A stretch of 63,065 bases of DNA, the filler included, from Polymyxa betae A26-41 (taxonomy: Eukaryota; Protista; Endomyxa: Phytomyxea): assembly GCA_003693705.1 (NCBI GenBank). It is 8 parts of 8 records of this genome, joined end to end, with 100 filler letters (N's around TTAATTAATTAA, not from the genome) between each part and the next. Parts side by side here need not be neighbours in the genome. Positions count along the whole stretch, not along the records: positions 9,296 to 22,917 come from RBZT01000485.1; positions 23,018 to 32,244 come from RBZT01000475.1; 6 more parts are not named here. One strand, written 5' to 3'. A program made the position numbers and the translations under genes. Numbering within the stretch: the first letter of the stretch is position 1; each line of letters begins with the position of its first letter. Below are positions 10,362 to 23,738 of the stretch, in pieces. The notes beneath the pieces were generated by a model. It did no database searches. It saw only the letters and a list, made by a program, of their open reading frames with translations, and was not told where the DNA came from.

Positions 10362-13300
10362 TCAGAATTCTTCAGCTCGATTAGCTCGAATCACAAAATA
10401 GCCCTTATGTCCTTGTAGCTTTCCCAGCATTATATTGATAGGCTCTCCATTCTCCATGAACACCCATCGCGACCACTTTCGGTTCTCTGCAGGAGTCATT
10501 GGCTCTATCACGAATAAGCTGGTCTCTGGATCAGTGGAATATCCCTTGCCTTTTCTGTCTGGAGATCGATACCAGTCAACATATGCAATCATGACCTCAA
10601 CTCCATCTTTGATTTTGAGCTTAGTAAATCAGTTGGCAGCCCCAAACCAAACAGATTCTTGGCCTTGAGATCCAGCTACCCGAATCTGCATCATGTGATT
10701 GCTGGTCTGCAAAGCTCTTTTCCTTTCATAATCTCTCGAGCGAAAGAGCCTTCCACGATGGATCGTACAATTGACAATAGAAAGTTCTCCTATAACAACA
10801 TGCTATCATTCTTTGTTAAATTGATTTGCAATCTCTCAAAGAAATTGAATAAAGTCATAATACAATGTAAGCCGTTTATTGAACTACACTAGATAATCTA
10901 TCCCAAGCACGAAAAGAAGTTGTTAAAGAAAACTAAAAACCAGAGACTCGAGATTGCATTCGTCAATCAAATAGGCTACCCGAAACTTACCTTGGAGAGC
11001 AGAAATCAGAGATTCTTCAAAATCTGCTTTTATGAGATACTGTGTCATCGCTTGCTTATGACGTTGAAAAAACACGATAGGCTCGGTCTCCAATCTTGTA
11101 ATACTGAAGGGAGTAGCAAGTTTTGCATTCACAGCCAGAACTGCAAGGCGGTAGTATTCGTTCTTGTGATAAAGTTCTTCATGCAACCTACCTGTAAGAA
11201 AATATGTGATGTAAGTACTAGCTTCATTGCAGAGTAGTGGAGGTTGATACCTATCTGCAAGTCGGTTGGCACGAACTGGAAAGATGTGATATGTACTGCA
11301 CCCATGTTAGCATCTCCTGTAGCGCTGGACTCCCCGATGGTCCATATCCGGTCAGAGCTACTGGAGAATCGTTCGTGATGCTGGTATCTGATAGCACAAT
11401 ATGATTATATTATTTTACAGATAAATGATCATGTGGATTACCTAAAGCATGATATCACCACCTGCTCGCAATAGTTCTTCATAATGTTGACTGACTGCCC
11501 TCTTGAAGCATGACTCGCGGATTTAATCGGCCTCATGAACCGTTCCGACCAAAAGTTCCATGAGGAACCGGTCATCGGTCCCAGATCCTGAATCAAATAA
11601 GGAACAATATGAAGAGTAGAATGAACAGGGAGCGTCATCAGCATGCTGGGGATTTTCTGCAAAAAGCTTCAGGGTTTGATTGCAGCGGCAAGACAGGGTC
11701 TACCTCCTCCAATAATGTTAATGCCTCGGTCAATTCGATATGAAGTCGTTCAAGATCCGACCGCTTCATCAATAAACAGAAACATTTCGATAGCCTGTCA
11801 AAAAACAAATACAATTCTTTTTGGAAATCTCAGGCAATCTTTTCCTTTCCGAAAAGGCCTCTTGTCAGGAATTTGAACAAACCGTGCAGCATCAAGTGCC
11901 ATTGAGAGTTTTTGACCAGGACTTGCGACGAAACATATGGATGGAACGAATCGGCACAGCCTGCGAAGAACATGATCAGACTCAGCATTATGATGATTTC
12001 TCAAACTTACCATGAGGCATTCTTAGATGCTTCAGCCGATGAGCGATCTCTGCACGGCTGCCTGTAATCAGGGACCATGGCAGACGCGCGCTGTAATCCC
12101 AAACTTCAGGAAGCCGTTTTAAGGCTTGTTCGGCATCGCGAGCATCATTATCGAACACCAGGCCCGAGCCCCCAGCCTCACAATCCAGCGTTTCTATTAA
12201 CGTCTTCGCCACATTCTAAGCCAATTTAGTAACCAATTAAAGAGCTTAAGAAGGCATACCCCGAGATGAGGCATGTAGTCCGATTTAAACTGACGGCTGG
12301 AATCCCATGGGAATGTTAAATTATTTGAAAAGGCATCGACGCCATAGATACCAGAGGTCCTGTAAGGATGTTTTTGATCCTTAGTTCTGTCATATAGTTT
12401 CCAATTCTTCGGAGCCTTTCGAAGCAGTTCTAAAGATTCAGCCACCTTTCGCAGCTCGTAATTTTCAGACTCTGACCCTGGAAATAGCAGATCTTCTTAG
12501 AAAACTTCGGATCTACTGTCAAGATTACCTTTTGCCAGCATTTCTTCACGCGTGAAAAATGCTGGTGCCAATGTTCTACGGTCGCAACCCAACCAAGCGG
12601 GAGTATGGATACGTTTTCTGATTGGATGATCTTTAGGCAGAAACTGATACGAACCGAGGCGGCAGGTTCGCCGAAAGCAGCGGGTACCTTTCGCCTTGCA
12701 TATACATGCGCCATTGACGCTTGAAAATACTGCCTTCTTCAAGGCTTTAAACCAAGCAGGTAGATCTGCAATGCTGGCCAGAAGTATCATTTTGACCTAA
12801 ACCCAATCTGAAGTGATTATTTAAAGGCTTGCTAGACGAACCTTGATTAACTTAGATTTGCTGACGTCGAAGATATATAGCCCATGCTTGTTGATCATAT
12901 TCAACTCATGTGCCAGCAATTCGAAAAACGCCTGGCTTGAGAAGTATGAGCATGAAGTCATTACGACCGAGGATGGTTTGCATCTGGCATGCGCTGGCAA
13001 TGTTAGATATGAGAACAGATGAGGCCAAACCGAAATTTTTGATGAATTATCAGCTTTCGCGCCATCGTAAGAATGTGATAATGCGATTGTCATAGTTTCA
13101 ATATCTGATTTCATTTCATGGGACCAATCGTGAGCCGATAAAGGACCATACCTGCATTTTCTTCGCTGTTCGACTCTGATGCATGAAAAGGGACATAGAA
13201 ATCATAGAAGAGATCGCCATGTATCCAATCCGTCATTTCTTCTTCCTTTAAGTGCGATGCTTGATATTTTTCGACCAGTTTCTCGATATCAGTGAAGCCT

Positions 13301-14457
13301 TGCCAGAATAGGCTTGCCATTGAATGGCATGTAAAGCGAAGCTAGAGTGCATTTGAGATTACGAGTGTCTAAGGATGCTTTCGTACCTGGATATCGAATG
13401 ACAATGGCCAATATAGAAACGATTTCGACATCTCTCTTAAAGCATGGCAAACAGGGCAGCATTTTGCGTCCTCGAGCTCGAAAACATAGATGCAGTGACC
13501 ATGAGGGCATGATTCCAAAAAGAGATTGGCTTCAGTGAGAGGAATATATCTCTCAGCACGGTCTGTTTAGCTTTTCTCCAATTTTCTGGAAAGCTTTTGT
13601 ATATCTTAATTCCAGCACCAGTTTCATCATCGGGCCTAGTGGACATCTCCTGGAGGTACATTCCAAGCAGCTCATCAAAGCATTCGCTGTCGACACTAGC
13701 TCGAATGCGCTGGTCTGCGAACTGCATAATCTTGAATTTGATTGTCTCTAGATGCTGTAGGCTACCAATGCCTAGTTCATTCAGCTGATTTCCATGCACA
13801 CAAGTTGATTCTTGTAGTAGAGCTCTGCCATCGTTCATTCTTTGAATAATATCGCGCTCAAATCTGAAGGCCAGATCATCAATCGAGTCAATTTTCCGTT
13901 TTTCAGCAGTAGGGATTCGACCAGTGTCGATCGACGTCCCTGATACAGAAGCATTCGACTGCTCTTCATCTCCCAGATCGTCACCGTTCTCGCATTGGTC
14001 ATCCTCTGAGCTTAAGAAATGATCAGATTCTGCAACAGAACTTTCTGGCGTGCAAATTATGTCAGCCGCAAAATCATCTGACGTACGTTATCATAGCTGT
14101 CTTGCAATTGGTGAAGTTGACTGACCTATGTCGTCGGGGATGTCATGATCAGGAACGCTGAAGCTCTCCGAAGGTAGATTGTCCCCCATTTCGTCTCTGG
14201 AAACCTCATAGTTTTCAATGTATCACCTATGCCAGTATGTCAATCGCTTACACTTTCACTTTCGTCCATTTGCATTGGCCAATGGCTAGTCTACTTTTTT
14301 GGCAAATAGTGTCATCGAGCTGGTGGTTTTCTCGTAGCAGAATACCATCCATCTGATGTTTTCTGTATGTGTCTGGGTATCTCACTTTGCCTGCACATCG
14401 ATGTGATAAACACCAACAGCGTCTTTGCTCCCCATTTTTCGTTCTCTTCAGCTTCAT
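10362..14457 (-). mobile_element. CACTA/EnSpm-type transposase (Transposase_21 plus DUF4218-like), fragmented
   Basis: Collinear fragments: N-terminal CWCLSHRCAG..T..H; SYDG..SVWP..LTLP..R; ADLPA..GACIC; DYMPH; HSTLHIV..LGP..WNFWSERF. Frameshifts and introns present. Confidence 0.8.
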
Positions 14458-14559
14458 GGGACGATACTGCCACTAATGAAAGCAATCCAATGTGTTAGCT
14501 AGTTACACGAAATGTCACCCTTTGACCCCATAATATCTTGGACTCAACATTTTACAGGT

Positions 14560-15574
14560 TTATTGTAGATTTTTAGGCCGTTGTTTGGATTGGAGTTTGC
14601 CTTTTTTCTCAAACAGTTGTACGATCGACTGTCGAAATTTTAATCCGAGCGGGCTCTCAATATCAAATTCGACCAAATCAACACTGCCTTTTTGCTCGAA
14701 CACATCATAAATTGAGCTCATCAACATGCCAAGCGATGTTGATGGGAAGGTATAATGATTCTCGACCTCGCTGCTCTCGGCTTGGGCTTTTTTGACCTTC
14801 TTTTTTGCTTTCATGTCCGAAAACTTTTCCATTAGCTCTGTCAAGCTCATTTGACTTACTGTACATAAGGACAAAGTTACATTATGACTCACCAGACTTC
14901 ACCATGGCGAGATCGGCGCACGCTTGCGGGAATTGCTTGTTGATCTCACTGAGTAGCTTTTCGGCGTCAGCACTTATGGTCTCACGAGACATTCTGCACA
15001 AGCCTCGTTAGCGCAGTCATCTGGTAAATTCAGACTGTTACTTATTTAACATTGTCTGATCTCGAATTAGCTGCCTGAAAGCTCGGCGTTCAGGGATCAG
15101 AGAAGACGGGGTCGGCAATCGAAATTTTTTTTAAATTTCAACTGTTAATGGTCCTTTCTTTGAATGATCCCTCCACAACGGCCGGGGCCAATATGCATCT
15201 CGTTCGCTAGACAAATCGATGTCACGCGTGTGCTTTCGATTGCCTGCAAAACCCTCAGTCTCTTGGAACCTACACTTTCAGAATTTACTCTTGCTTGAAT
15301 TATCAGCAGATAAATCTCTTAGCTCTGCGATGAAGCGGAGACCTTGCGAGATACATTCTTCGTTTGATGTTGTTGTGGAAACCATGGGGCAATTTTCTTT
15401 ATCAATCAAACTTGATACTCGGACAGCTCTATGTGTCGATAGATTGATTTCGTGCCCATGTAACATGCCACGATCTAGGTACAGGTCATTATCCTCCTGT
15501 AGAAGTTGGACCCTTGCAATCGGCTTTCGTTGCTGAAAGTACCAAACTAACGAGCCAGGAGCAGCGTCTTCCAT
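14560..15574 (-). pseudogene. Accessory ORF fragments upstream of the CACTA transposase (possible Tnp1/TnpA-like)
   Basis: Same strand as the transposase; GMLHGHEINLSTHRAVRVSSLI loosely resembles the En/Spm Tnp1-like LHG..L....V.V motif. Confidence 0.3.
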
Positions 15575-16489
15575 GATACCCTAAATAATTACGCAGTCGG
15601 TTATCGGAAATTGCAATCTGATTACACATTTTTATTAGCACTTGGTGTTTCTGTTTATACAATAGCTACCCATGATGGGCAGAACTGTGACTGGCGCATG
15701 GCCACGGAATGCGGGGTTTACAAGCCTTCGTCGTCCCTCTCCCTTTCACCTCTCTCTCTCTCTCCTTTTCACTGAAATCACATCAGCACTCGCTTCTTAC
15801 TATGGACCTCAAGCTGTGCTCAGCTCTTTGATCGAAAGTCTATGTCATCTCACAACAGCACGTCGGCGGGACTAAGCTTTAAAGATCCCAACCACACATA
15901 CATACGGCCCGTTTTAAGGGTGCTTAATACCGGTGTGTTGGGGAAATCCTGGAGTTTAGCCTTATAGAATTACATGAGATGTACGGCTGTGGGGCTCGAC
16001 CCATGGCCGGTCACCTGAAATAATGGTGTCCTCTCATCTTCTAGTGTCGCACGCGTCCATTAACATTGTGAAGCTCAGACAATCAATCAACCGATGCTGG
16101 AAGGCACACATGGATACCTCACAGGAATGTTTGGTGTTGGAGCGGAGATGAGCAGCAATGATGTCCTAAGCTGAGATCGAACATTATCAGGTTTGAGTGA
16201 TAAAGGCGGTCGCCCGTCCGGTGGTATATTCGACATCAAAACTATACATTAGAAGAACCTTGGAGAGCATTAGTTTGGCGCCGCATGCTACCTCTCCATT
16301 CCAGTCGAACAATTATATTATCGGTCAAAGCAAGGAACTAAATAGAGGGCGAGCGTTGACCTAGCTAAATTTCTTTGCTGCCTTATTGTGTGTGCTGTTT
16401 TAGAATGCTTTGTTGATGGATTCAATTAATGTCGTTTGAATAAACAAACTCAAATTTATTGCATTCCAAAGTTCTTGCAGTACTGAATG

Positions 16490-17558
16490 ACTTGCTGTTT
16501 AGAAGCGCGGCGATATTAACAAACTTTATCCATCGGCGTTGGATGGAGATGGTAGCAGAAATGGATTATGCTGATGCTGACAATTTAGGATGGGATGGCG
16601 ATTATTAAAATAAAGCGAAATACGCTTTTTGTAATATTGTCGAATTACAAAAGCAGCACTCGAGCCCGAAGGTTGAACTCTTCATGGGATATAAGGCCCA
16701 GGGCCAGAGCTTGCTTCAGGTTCTCTAACTGGGCTAGATCATTTCGATTCTTGATGATGGCATCCTGATTCTGACGCGACGACGCGTAAAAATCGCTAAT
16801 TTTCACTATTGATTGGGCTTGGTAACCCAACATTTGAGCCTTCCTTTTGACAGCCGGCTTAGCCGATGTTTTCAGGGCCCCAATTTTGTTTGCTCTGCTC
16901 AATGATTGACTCCAAAATCTGTTATTATTTAACTAAAACGTTCCGCTTAGCGTGAGGATTCCCAGCTTTCACGAGTTCTAGCAGATCGGAAGACTGAAGC
17001 GCTACTTTTCCGGAAGCATCTTCTGAATCTCCCGTTTTGAGTCCTATTTTTTCAGATCGAATGTGCATTTTCAGCTGTTTCTCACTGATCTTACAATCTG
17101 GGTGCAGTTTTTTGTATTCGGTATATATCTACGAATGTTGTGGTCAATGCTCAACGCTGCAATATATTTCATAACCTTTGGCCAGATTTCCTTTGGGATA
17201 ACCTGAGTGCCAGCTTTTTTTCGTCCGTTGGACCATTCTCCGTAATATTGGCGATGAGCAGCCAAGAGCGTGCTGGTTTTAAAGAGTCGACAACAGTTCG
17301 GCCGACGATTTTTTGTCGCTTCGTAGGCGGTGCATCGTTGCCATTATTGCCACTGTTAGAACTGGAACTCAATATTTGAGAAGCTACCAAAATTACAAAA
17401 ACACAAAGCCGGCGAAACAGTTTGACAGATCTTTAATAATGGTTGAAACAGTTTCACAGATCTTTGCCTGAGACTTGCAGCGGCAGGAGGCCTCAGCCGA
17501 CCTTTGAGCTGAAAAATAGGCGACTCGCAGCAAGTTTATAGCTTTTACGGACATCTTT
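16490..17558. mobile_element. Truncated PIF/Harbinger-type element, copy 1: transposase C-terminus (+, to 16608) and convergent ORF2 (-, 16645-17390)
   Basis: LFRSAAILTNFIHRR..GWDGDY* is homologous to copies 2 and 3; ORF2 is homologous; right TIR ...TTTTACGGACATCTTT followed by AAT. Confidence 0.8.
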
Positions 17559-18050
17559 AATACATAAGAAAGTTGATAATCAATGTTTAAGAACTATTGC
17601 TGAAGTGAAGAACGATCGTAAGTCACGTATAGAAAGGCACTAATGAATACTAGAACCAGTAATGTTACCTGAGACGATGTATCATACGCATTGGTTCAGC
17701 TGTACAGACCTCTAGAATACGACCACATCATTATCAACGGATGCAATAAAACCTTAAATGAATAAAAACGATCCTCCATAGGTTTCAGAGCAATATCAAA
17801 ATCGATGAAGGGAACAGAGACAACACTATCGTCGGAATCGACAGTAATCAGGTCAATCATATGCTAAAGTGCTCATAAGCAAAATATATTCTAATAAACC
17901 TATCCGTAAAAGGAACCCATCTTTGACGAGCAAAGCTGGGTGGCAGCCAAGGTTTGCTGCTTTCGGTTATACTGACCGAACTTTGCTATGCAGCCAGTCA
18001 CATCATACTAAAGCTTGGCCAGGTTTTTGAAGGTGCTATTTATTGCAACA

Positions 18051-19195
18051 ATGATCGATAGTGACAGCTATTCCACCATCAACGAGATCCTCGACCAGCA
18101 GATGGTCGTCCTGATAGCTGCATCGACTGCAGCAGCAACTTCTAGCGTTTCCTTTGATGATGAAGAAATGACGAACGATGATGAGCGATTCGTCGATCTT
18201 GATGAAGGAGTTCGTGATCAACTTTATCTTTTGATGAAGAACCCATCGCGTTTCAAGGCTATGACGAATTTCAATGCATCTGAATTTGAAGAGCTCAGCG
18301 CAAAACTATGCCCAATTTGGCGACAGAGGCAAGATCGACCGGACAGCCAAGGGGGATATTCGGGCGAATTCCGAAACTTAATCATCACCAACGTCTTCTC
18401 CACTTCCTTTTGTATATGAAGCACGATAACAAAGTCGTGTTCGGGGCTCATGGCTGGAATTGGTCCAAGTCTTCTGCCTGCGACGATGCAATATTTTTTG
18501 CATCTGTCATCAACTTCGAGCTGGCTGACGGGTTAAGGTGGCCAACTGCAGCAGAATGGCAAGCCCTAGCACAGAGAACTAACTTCAATGGATGCATAGG
18601 GTTTATCGATGGAACACTTGTCCAGATTCGTCGCCCGATGAGCGACACTTTTGGAGAGCGCCACCAACTTTGGTACAATGGACGAAATTCTATGTACTGT
18701 CTTAACAACACGTCGTTGTTGATCACGATGACTTGTTTATTTACGTGGATCCAAGATATCCCGGTTCCTTTCACGAAATTAATTGTTTGCTAAGTTCTAA
18801 CCTATTCCGCGATTGGCGGCAGTATTTTGTTCATGATGACGATAACTTTGAGTATCTTTTAGGAGATCCTGGTTATGTTGCAGAGGAGTTGTTTATCATG
18901 CACCGCATGCGGCAGCGAGGACCTCCCAGAGCCAACCAAGAAATGGAGGTAATTGACGCTTTCAACGCTGCTCATGGGGGGATGAGGGTAAGAGTTGAAT
19001 GGGGCATCGGAGGCCTTAAGCGAAAGTGGCGAAAACTGATGAAGAAGTTTGAAGCAACCATAGTCAAGCTTCCTCACTTGTTTCGTGCCTGCGCTATTCT
19101 TACGAACTTCCTTCAACGTCGCCGTCTTGACATGCGAGCGTTTGAAGAAGGAGTCGACGCTGCCTACGCAGGCTGGGATGACGAGTATGAAATGT
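18051..19195 (+). pseudogene. Harbinger/HARBI1-like DDE transposase (DDE_Tnp_4), frameshifted
   Basis: GCIGFIDGT, PGSFHE, LLGDPGY and RVRVEWGIGGLKRKW motifs across three ORF pieces. Confidence 0.9.
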
Positions 19196-19208
19196 ATATA
19201 CAAACGGT

Positions 19209-19928
19209 TTATTTGATTGAAGGCGTCACACTTCCAAACTGTGCCATCAGCCCCAACGAGAGAGCCTTTTTCAGCTTCTCCAGTTTAGCTAAATCCGCCT
19301 TGTGGCGAAGAAGCTCCTGCTGCGTCTCGCGTGTCGAGGAGTAATTCTCACTCATAGTGGCGATAGATGATGATTGAGTATGCAACATCTGTGCCTTTGT
19401 AGGCTGAATGCTGGTGGGTTTGCTTACCGGCGTTTGCGCCTTCGGTTTTTTCACCGGAATCGTGCTGGCAATCCGATCCTGTTCTGCTAAAATATTTCGC
19501 TTCGCATGACCGTTTGACTTCTTGACCACCTCTTCGAAATAGACTACCGGCTGAAGAACAGCCTTGCCAGATTTATCGTCCGCGTCGCCGGTCTGCAGTT
19601 GGGACTTTTCGACGCGAATATAATGGCGAAGCGGTTCCTCAGATAGAGTACAATCAGGAAAGTCCTTCTTCTAATCAGCATATATCTAAAAAATTTTATA
19701 CCAATATTACGACGTCAGGGCGCTCATACCTTAGGCCCGATCTCTTTGGGGATTACTTAGTTGTTTGCCAGCTATTTTTCTGGTCGAACACCACGAATTA
19801 TAGTGGTTTCCGTGGGACGACATCAGCACGCTGATCTTAAATTACGTAATCGTATCACGACCAGCGGTTTTCGCCTTTTTCGGAGGCGAAACCAATAGCT
19901 CTTCAATGCTTGCAGTAGACTCTCTCAT
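19209..19928 (-). pseudogene. Harbinger ORF2: putative Myb/trihelix-like DNA-binding protein with SHOCT-like tail
   Basis: Homologous to ORF2 of copies 1 and 3; intron after IPKEIGPK; C-terminal LAKLEKLKKALSLGL; internal stops. Confidence 0.65.
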
Positions 19929-20947
19929 ATCAACAAAGCCAAGCGATAAGTATGCACAGTGAATTGTGATATGTCTATTACAAAAAGGTGTTACCAAACT
20001 TCAAAGCTTGGTCAAAGTTTGGGACCCAGGTTTTGATGGGGTCTAAACTTTGAACCAAGCTTTGGCACTGACGGACAGCAGGAGGCCGATTCGCCAAGCT
20101 TTGGCCCCAAAGTTGTGTGACTCACCAAGATTTGGCACCTTTCACGGATAGGTTTAATACATTAAAAAGTTTATAAACAAACTAAAAATGTTTAGATGAT
20201 GAGTACTTAATAGTATATGAATACAATACATTACAACAAGACATAAAAGGGTATATTAGAAGAAATTATGACTGGAAGACTAAATATTATAATGAACTGG
20301 GATGTATAATTCAAGGCAATTGATCGACAAACTCTACAATACTACCATGCCTCATTGGAATTGAAAGATTACAGCGATCAATGCAATCAAGGAATATTGC
20401 CGATTGAAGAGTTTGATATAATTAACGACATGAGATATAATATGAAATCAATTCGCCGAGAATGGAATCAACTAAAGCTGGAAGCTAACTACATTAGGGA
20501 CCAGCTAACTTTGTAAGCTAGCAAAATACTTGAACAGCTGCATAAACATATTGCAGAATACATCGGTCCTTTAGACATGGAGGTAAAAGCAATATTCCCA
20601 CCAATGAAATGGAAGTAATAAAAATGTATTGAATGATGAAATGTATATCGTTAAGCACCAACTTCCCTAAAAAGTTAATCACATAGTAATATTAAAGCAA
20701 CAATCAAAAAGCAGCATCATGCTACGTAGATATATTATTGCGCCTTTCAATTTTTTTGTCCATAGAGAGGCCATGGTAAATCTGGCTACGCACATTCTTA
20801 AAATGGGGTCCGTGGCTTCTATCATTATTGTGGGCTCAGGAAAGGGTCATTTTAGACCGATTTAATTTTATAGATTCGAATCTAAATAAAAGAACTGCAA
20901 TGTACCTGGCCGATGAGTCACTTTCCGTTCATCTGAATGTCTGAGCA

Positions 20948-21853
20948 GTGTCGATTGCTTTCCTTCCAATTTTTGTGATGCCGCTCGTGATCCCAGATCA
21001 AATGTCTGCTAGCCTTATCGTATATCGCGGTAGTGATGAACGAAGCCGCCTAATTCGCTTCAATGCAGCCGAATCAGATGACATCAAGTTCAGATTCTCT
21101 CAAGGCTACAGTGTCGCACATGCGATAATTGTGCAGCATTTGCGATCAACACTGCCTGTCAACATTGCGAGTTCGTTGGCCAACTTGAAATTCAAAATGA
21201 GGCCCTCAAACGATGCGAGACAGAGCAAATTTTTTCTGATGAACGAAGGCAATTTTGATTCTGACGTCCGACGAGTCTACAAAAATGCTATAATTCGTCA
21301 GAAAGCAAAACCAGAGAATGTTAGAATTCCGTTTGTTGTCCATATCGATGATCAGCCCGGATCCACAGGAACACGTCCGGGAACGACAACGTCATGTTCG
21401 CTTCGAAGAGCGATTATCGCTCGAATCACTTCAGCCACAGAAGAAATTTATGCCCGCCTTCGGGACGATCCACCGGCGCGGGCAGAAAATGAACGAATCG
21501 GAGATGTGGCTATGAACGTCTGGTCGCGTCAGCGTGCTAGAAATCCTAATCCGGATCCGCATCCAGAGTTGCCGGTGTCAAACGTTTTTCGGCAGGCGTT
21601 GCGTCTGGACTATCAACGTGAGACGATTCCACAACAGAACCAACTGGAGGAATATATGGATGTCCCATTTGAAGTCCTGACTACTCAACCTGGGACGATT
21701 CGGCTGCATATTCCCACTCTGCGAAAGGCATTAGGCCTACCTCCTTACACTTTATTCGCAAGGGAAATCTTCAACCCAGATGACGCTCCCATAGCGACGG
21801 CTCTCAGCCATGATATTCCAGTCGTCGACCATCAGCTTTCCCATAATGACTGA
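20948..21853 (+). CDS. Hypothetical protein (about 285-300 aa), probable accessory gene of the adjacent IS630/Tc1-like element
   Basis: Uninterrupted 301-codon ORF whose stop abuts the 3' end of the convergent transposase; ATG candidates near 20978 and 21002. Confidence 0.7.
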   Translation: MSIAFLPIFVMPLVIPDQMSASLIVYRGSDERSRLIRFNAAESDDIKFRFSQGYSVAHAIIVQHLRSTLPVNIASSLANLKFKMRPSNDARQSKFFLMNEGNFDSDVRRVYKNAIIRQKAKPENVRIPFVVHIDDQPGSTGTRPGTTTSCSLRRAIIARITSATEEIYARLRDDPPARAENERIGDVAMNVWSRQRARNPNPDPHPELPVSNVFRQALRLDYQRETIPQQNQLEEYMDVPFEVLTTQPGTIRLHIPTLRKALGLPPYTLFAREIFNPDDAPIATALSHDIPVVDHQLSHND

Positions 21854-22821
21854 TAAATAAACAAAAAAATTCTCCTTTGTTAAATCTGTCTCCATAGCCA
21901 CAGGATTCATATAATAATTTTGACCTTGCACACGAAACGTTGTGCAGAGCGGCATCGCAGCCTGCAAAACCTTATCAGGGTAAAGCCTAAAGACAAGATC
22001 TGCATTTTTTGTCTGCCAACGCTTTAGTAAACCAAATCCCTTCTCAATGGGGTTCAGGTGTGGAGAATACGGTGGAAGGTAGATTATCAGAGCTCCACAT
22101 TTATGGACCGCCTCTTCCAGTTCACGATACATATGGATTTTGGCCCTGTCAAGAATAACAATGCTCCTAGGTATCGGCCACGGTTGTAGAAACGGACAAA
22201 TAGTCCGTAGAAACGCATCGTGGAATTTGTCTTGTAAAGGTGTCCGGAGTTGTCTCCCAAGCAAAGAATCCGGACGTGTCGAACGCGGCCAAAATCGAAA
22301 CTCGGGCTTCTCTTTGGAACCCGAGACCATCCATACCGCCGTAAACAGTCCCTACCGTCTTTACTGCTTCCATCGATAAAAACCAGCTGCTCCGGATATG
22401 AATACACCGGTAGGAGTTTAAAATAAAATTCTTTAAGCTGTTCAGGAACGCTTTCTCGAGCTCTCTTTTCTAGGACCTTCCTTGTTATTTTCAGATCGTG
22501 ACGAAGCGCCCTACAAATTCTCGGAACGGAGATATTCGTGACATCCGGAAAGGCGTTGGAGAGATCATCCTGAAGTTCCTGAATATAGAAACATGGGTGT
22601 TGTTCGATATAGCCTTCGACGATAATCTAGACTTCTTCCGGCCATAGAACTGAGCGCTGTCGAGGTAATCCGGAAAAGACGTCTCCAACTAGCTCAAAGA
22701 GGCGCATCCAGCGTTTGATACTTTTTTCGCTGGGCACGAGAATCAGAGCACAGTTTGCCAGCGAAGTTCCATAGACGTAATGGAGCACTAAAGCTCTCCA
22801 GCGCATGTCCTTGCTCCACAT
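21850..22821 (-). mobile_element. IS630/Tc1-mariner DD34E transposase, frameshifted
   Basis: N-terminal HTH (WSKDMRWRAL..SIKRWMRLF), VFIDGSSKD, IVILDRAKIH and YLPPYSPHLNPIE; 34 residues between the second D and E. Confidence 0.88.
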
Positions 22822-23017
22822 TCGGCCACAGCAGCGGTAAAGCCAGATCTCGGAGAGACTACGGACCCTGGATTTAAACCAGGACGAGCTCTCACTTCTG
22901 ACCCCACGGCGAAAGGGNNNNNNNNNNNNNNNNNNNNNNNNNNNNNNNNNNNNNNNNNNNNTTAATTAATTAANNNNNNNNNNNNNNNNNNNNNNNNNNN
23001 NNNNNNNNNNNNNNNNN

Positions 23018-23738
23018 GTGTACGACCGAATCGAAGTAACGCCAGTAATCCTGTTCCGTCTGCGACATTCCGAGAAATTCTTCCAGCGTCGTCTTCGTCA
23101 TCGGGACCGATTCATCCAACGCATCTGAATTTCGAGAGTCAGGCGCGCGCGGGGGCCAGTACGACGACAACGCACTCACCGAAATCGTGCGGGTTCATGG
23201 CGGCGACCAGCAGACTGACCAGATACAAACCCTTGGTGTAGGGTAGTACTGTCCCTTGGTCACCTTCAACTTCAGCTGTCTCGGACTTGATATCAGATAT
23301 TTCAGCACAATATGGAGCATGTTCTTCAACCTCCTGCATCCATTTGGTATCTTTTGGCTGGTCCGAACAGCTCACGAACGTGATCGGCTGAGTTTCCGGG
23401 TTGCCGCTTCGTTACTGTCTGTGGTGAACGGGAGATGGAGACGCGAGATCGATGGCACACGATCCTTTATTGGTGATTGTAAGTAGAAAAGAAGTTGTCT
23501 GGAGTAGGGAGCAAGAAAAAGACTGGCTTTGGCGGGTCGCGGAAAACTTCACAAATTCATAAGGCGCGTGCCTTGGACAGCACGACGGGGCCGCAGCGAC
23601 CTGCTGGCACGCGTCCTTTCCGCGGACATTGGCGGTGGGGACCCGGCGATTCTGGATTGCGGCTCCGAGATTGTCGTGGGCACGACACTATCTCCTTGAT
23701 TTTCTTGATCTGAGAAGTCACATTATGAACACCGCACA
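23018..23738 (-). mobile_element. 5' end of an LTR retrotransposon (LTR about 23420-23738 plus gag-like remnant)
   Basis: Minus strand TGTG...CACA bounded segment of about 320 bp containing AATAAA; interrupts the vWA gene; cut by gap. Confidence 0.5.

Larger units (their letters stand above)
17896..20155. mobile_element. Full-length PIF/Harbinger-type (PHIS, Pangu-like) DNA transposon, copy 2
   Basis: TIRs AAACCTATCCGTAAAAGG / CCTTTCACGGATAGGTTT, flanked by a direct AAT duplication; two convergent genes inside. Confidence 0.9.

Noticed and set aside
20948-21853. Fanzor/TnpB candidate next to the IS630-like transposase
   Set aside because: No RuvC D-E-D motifs or CxxC zinc ribbon are visible.
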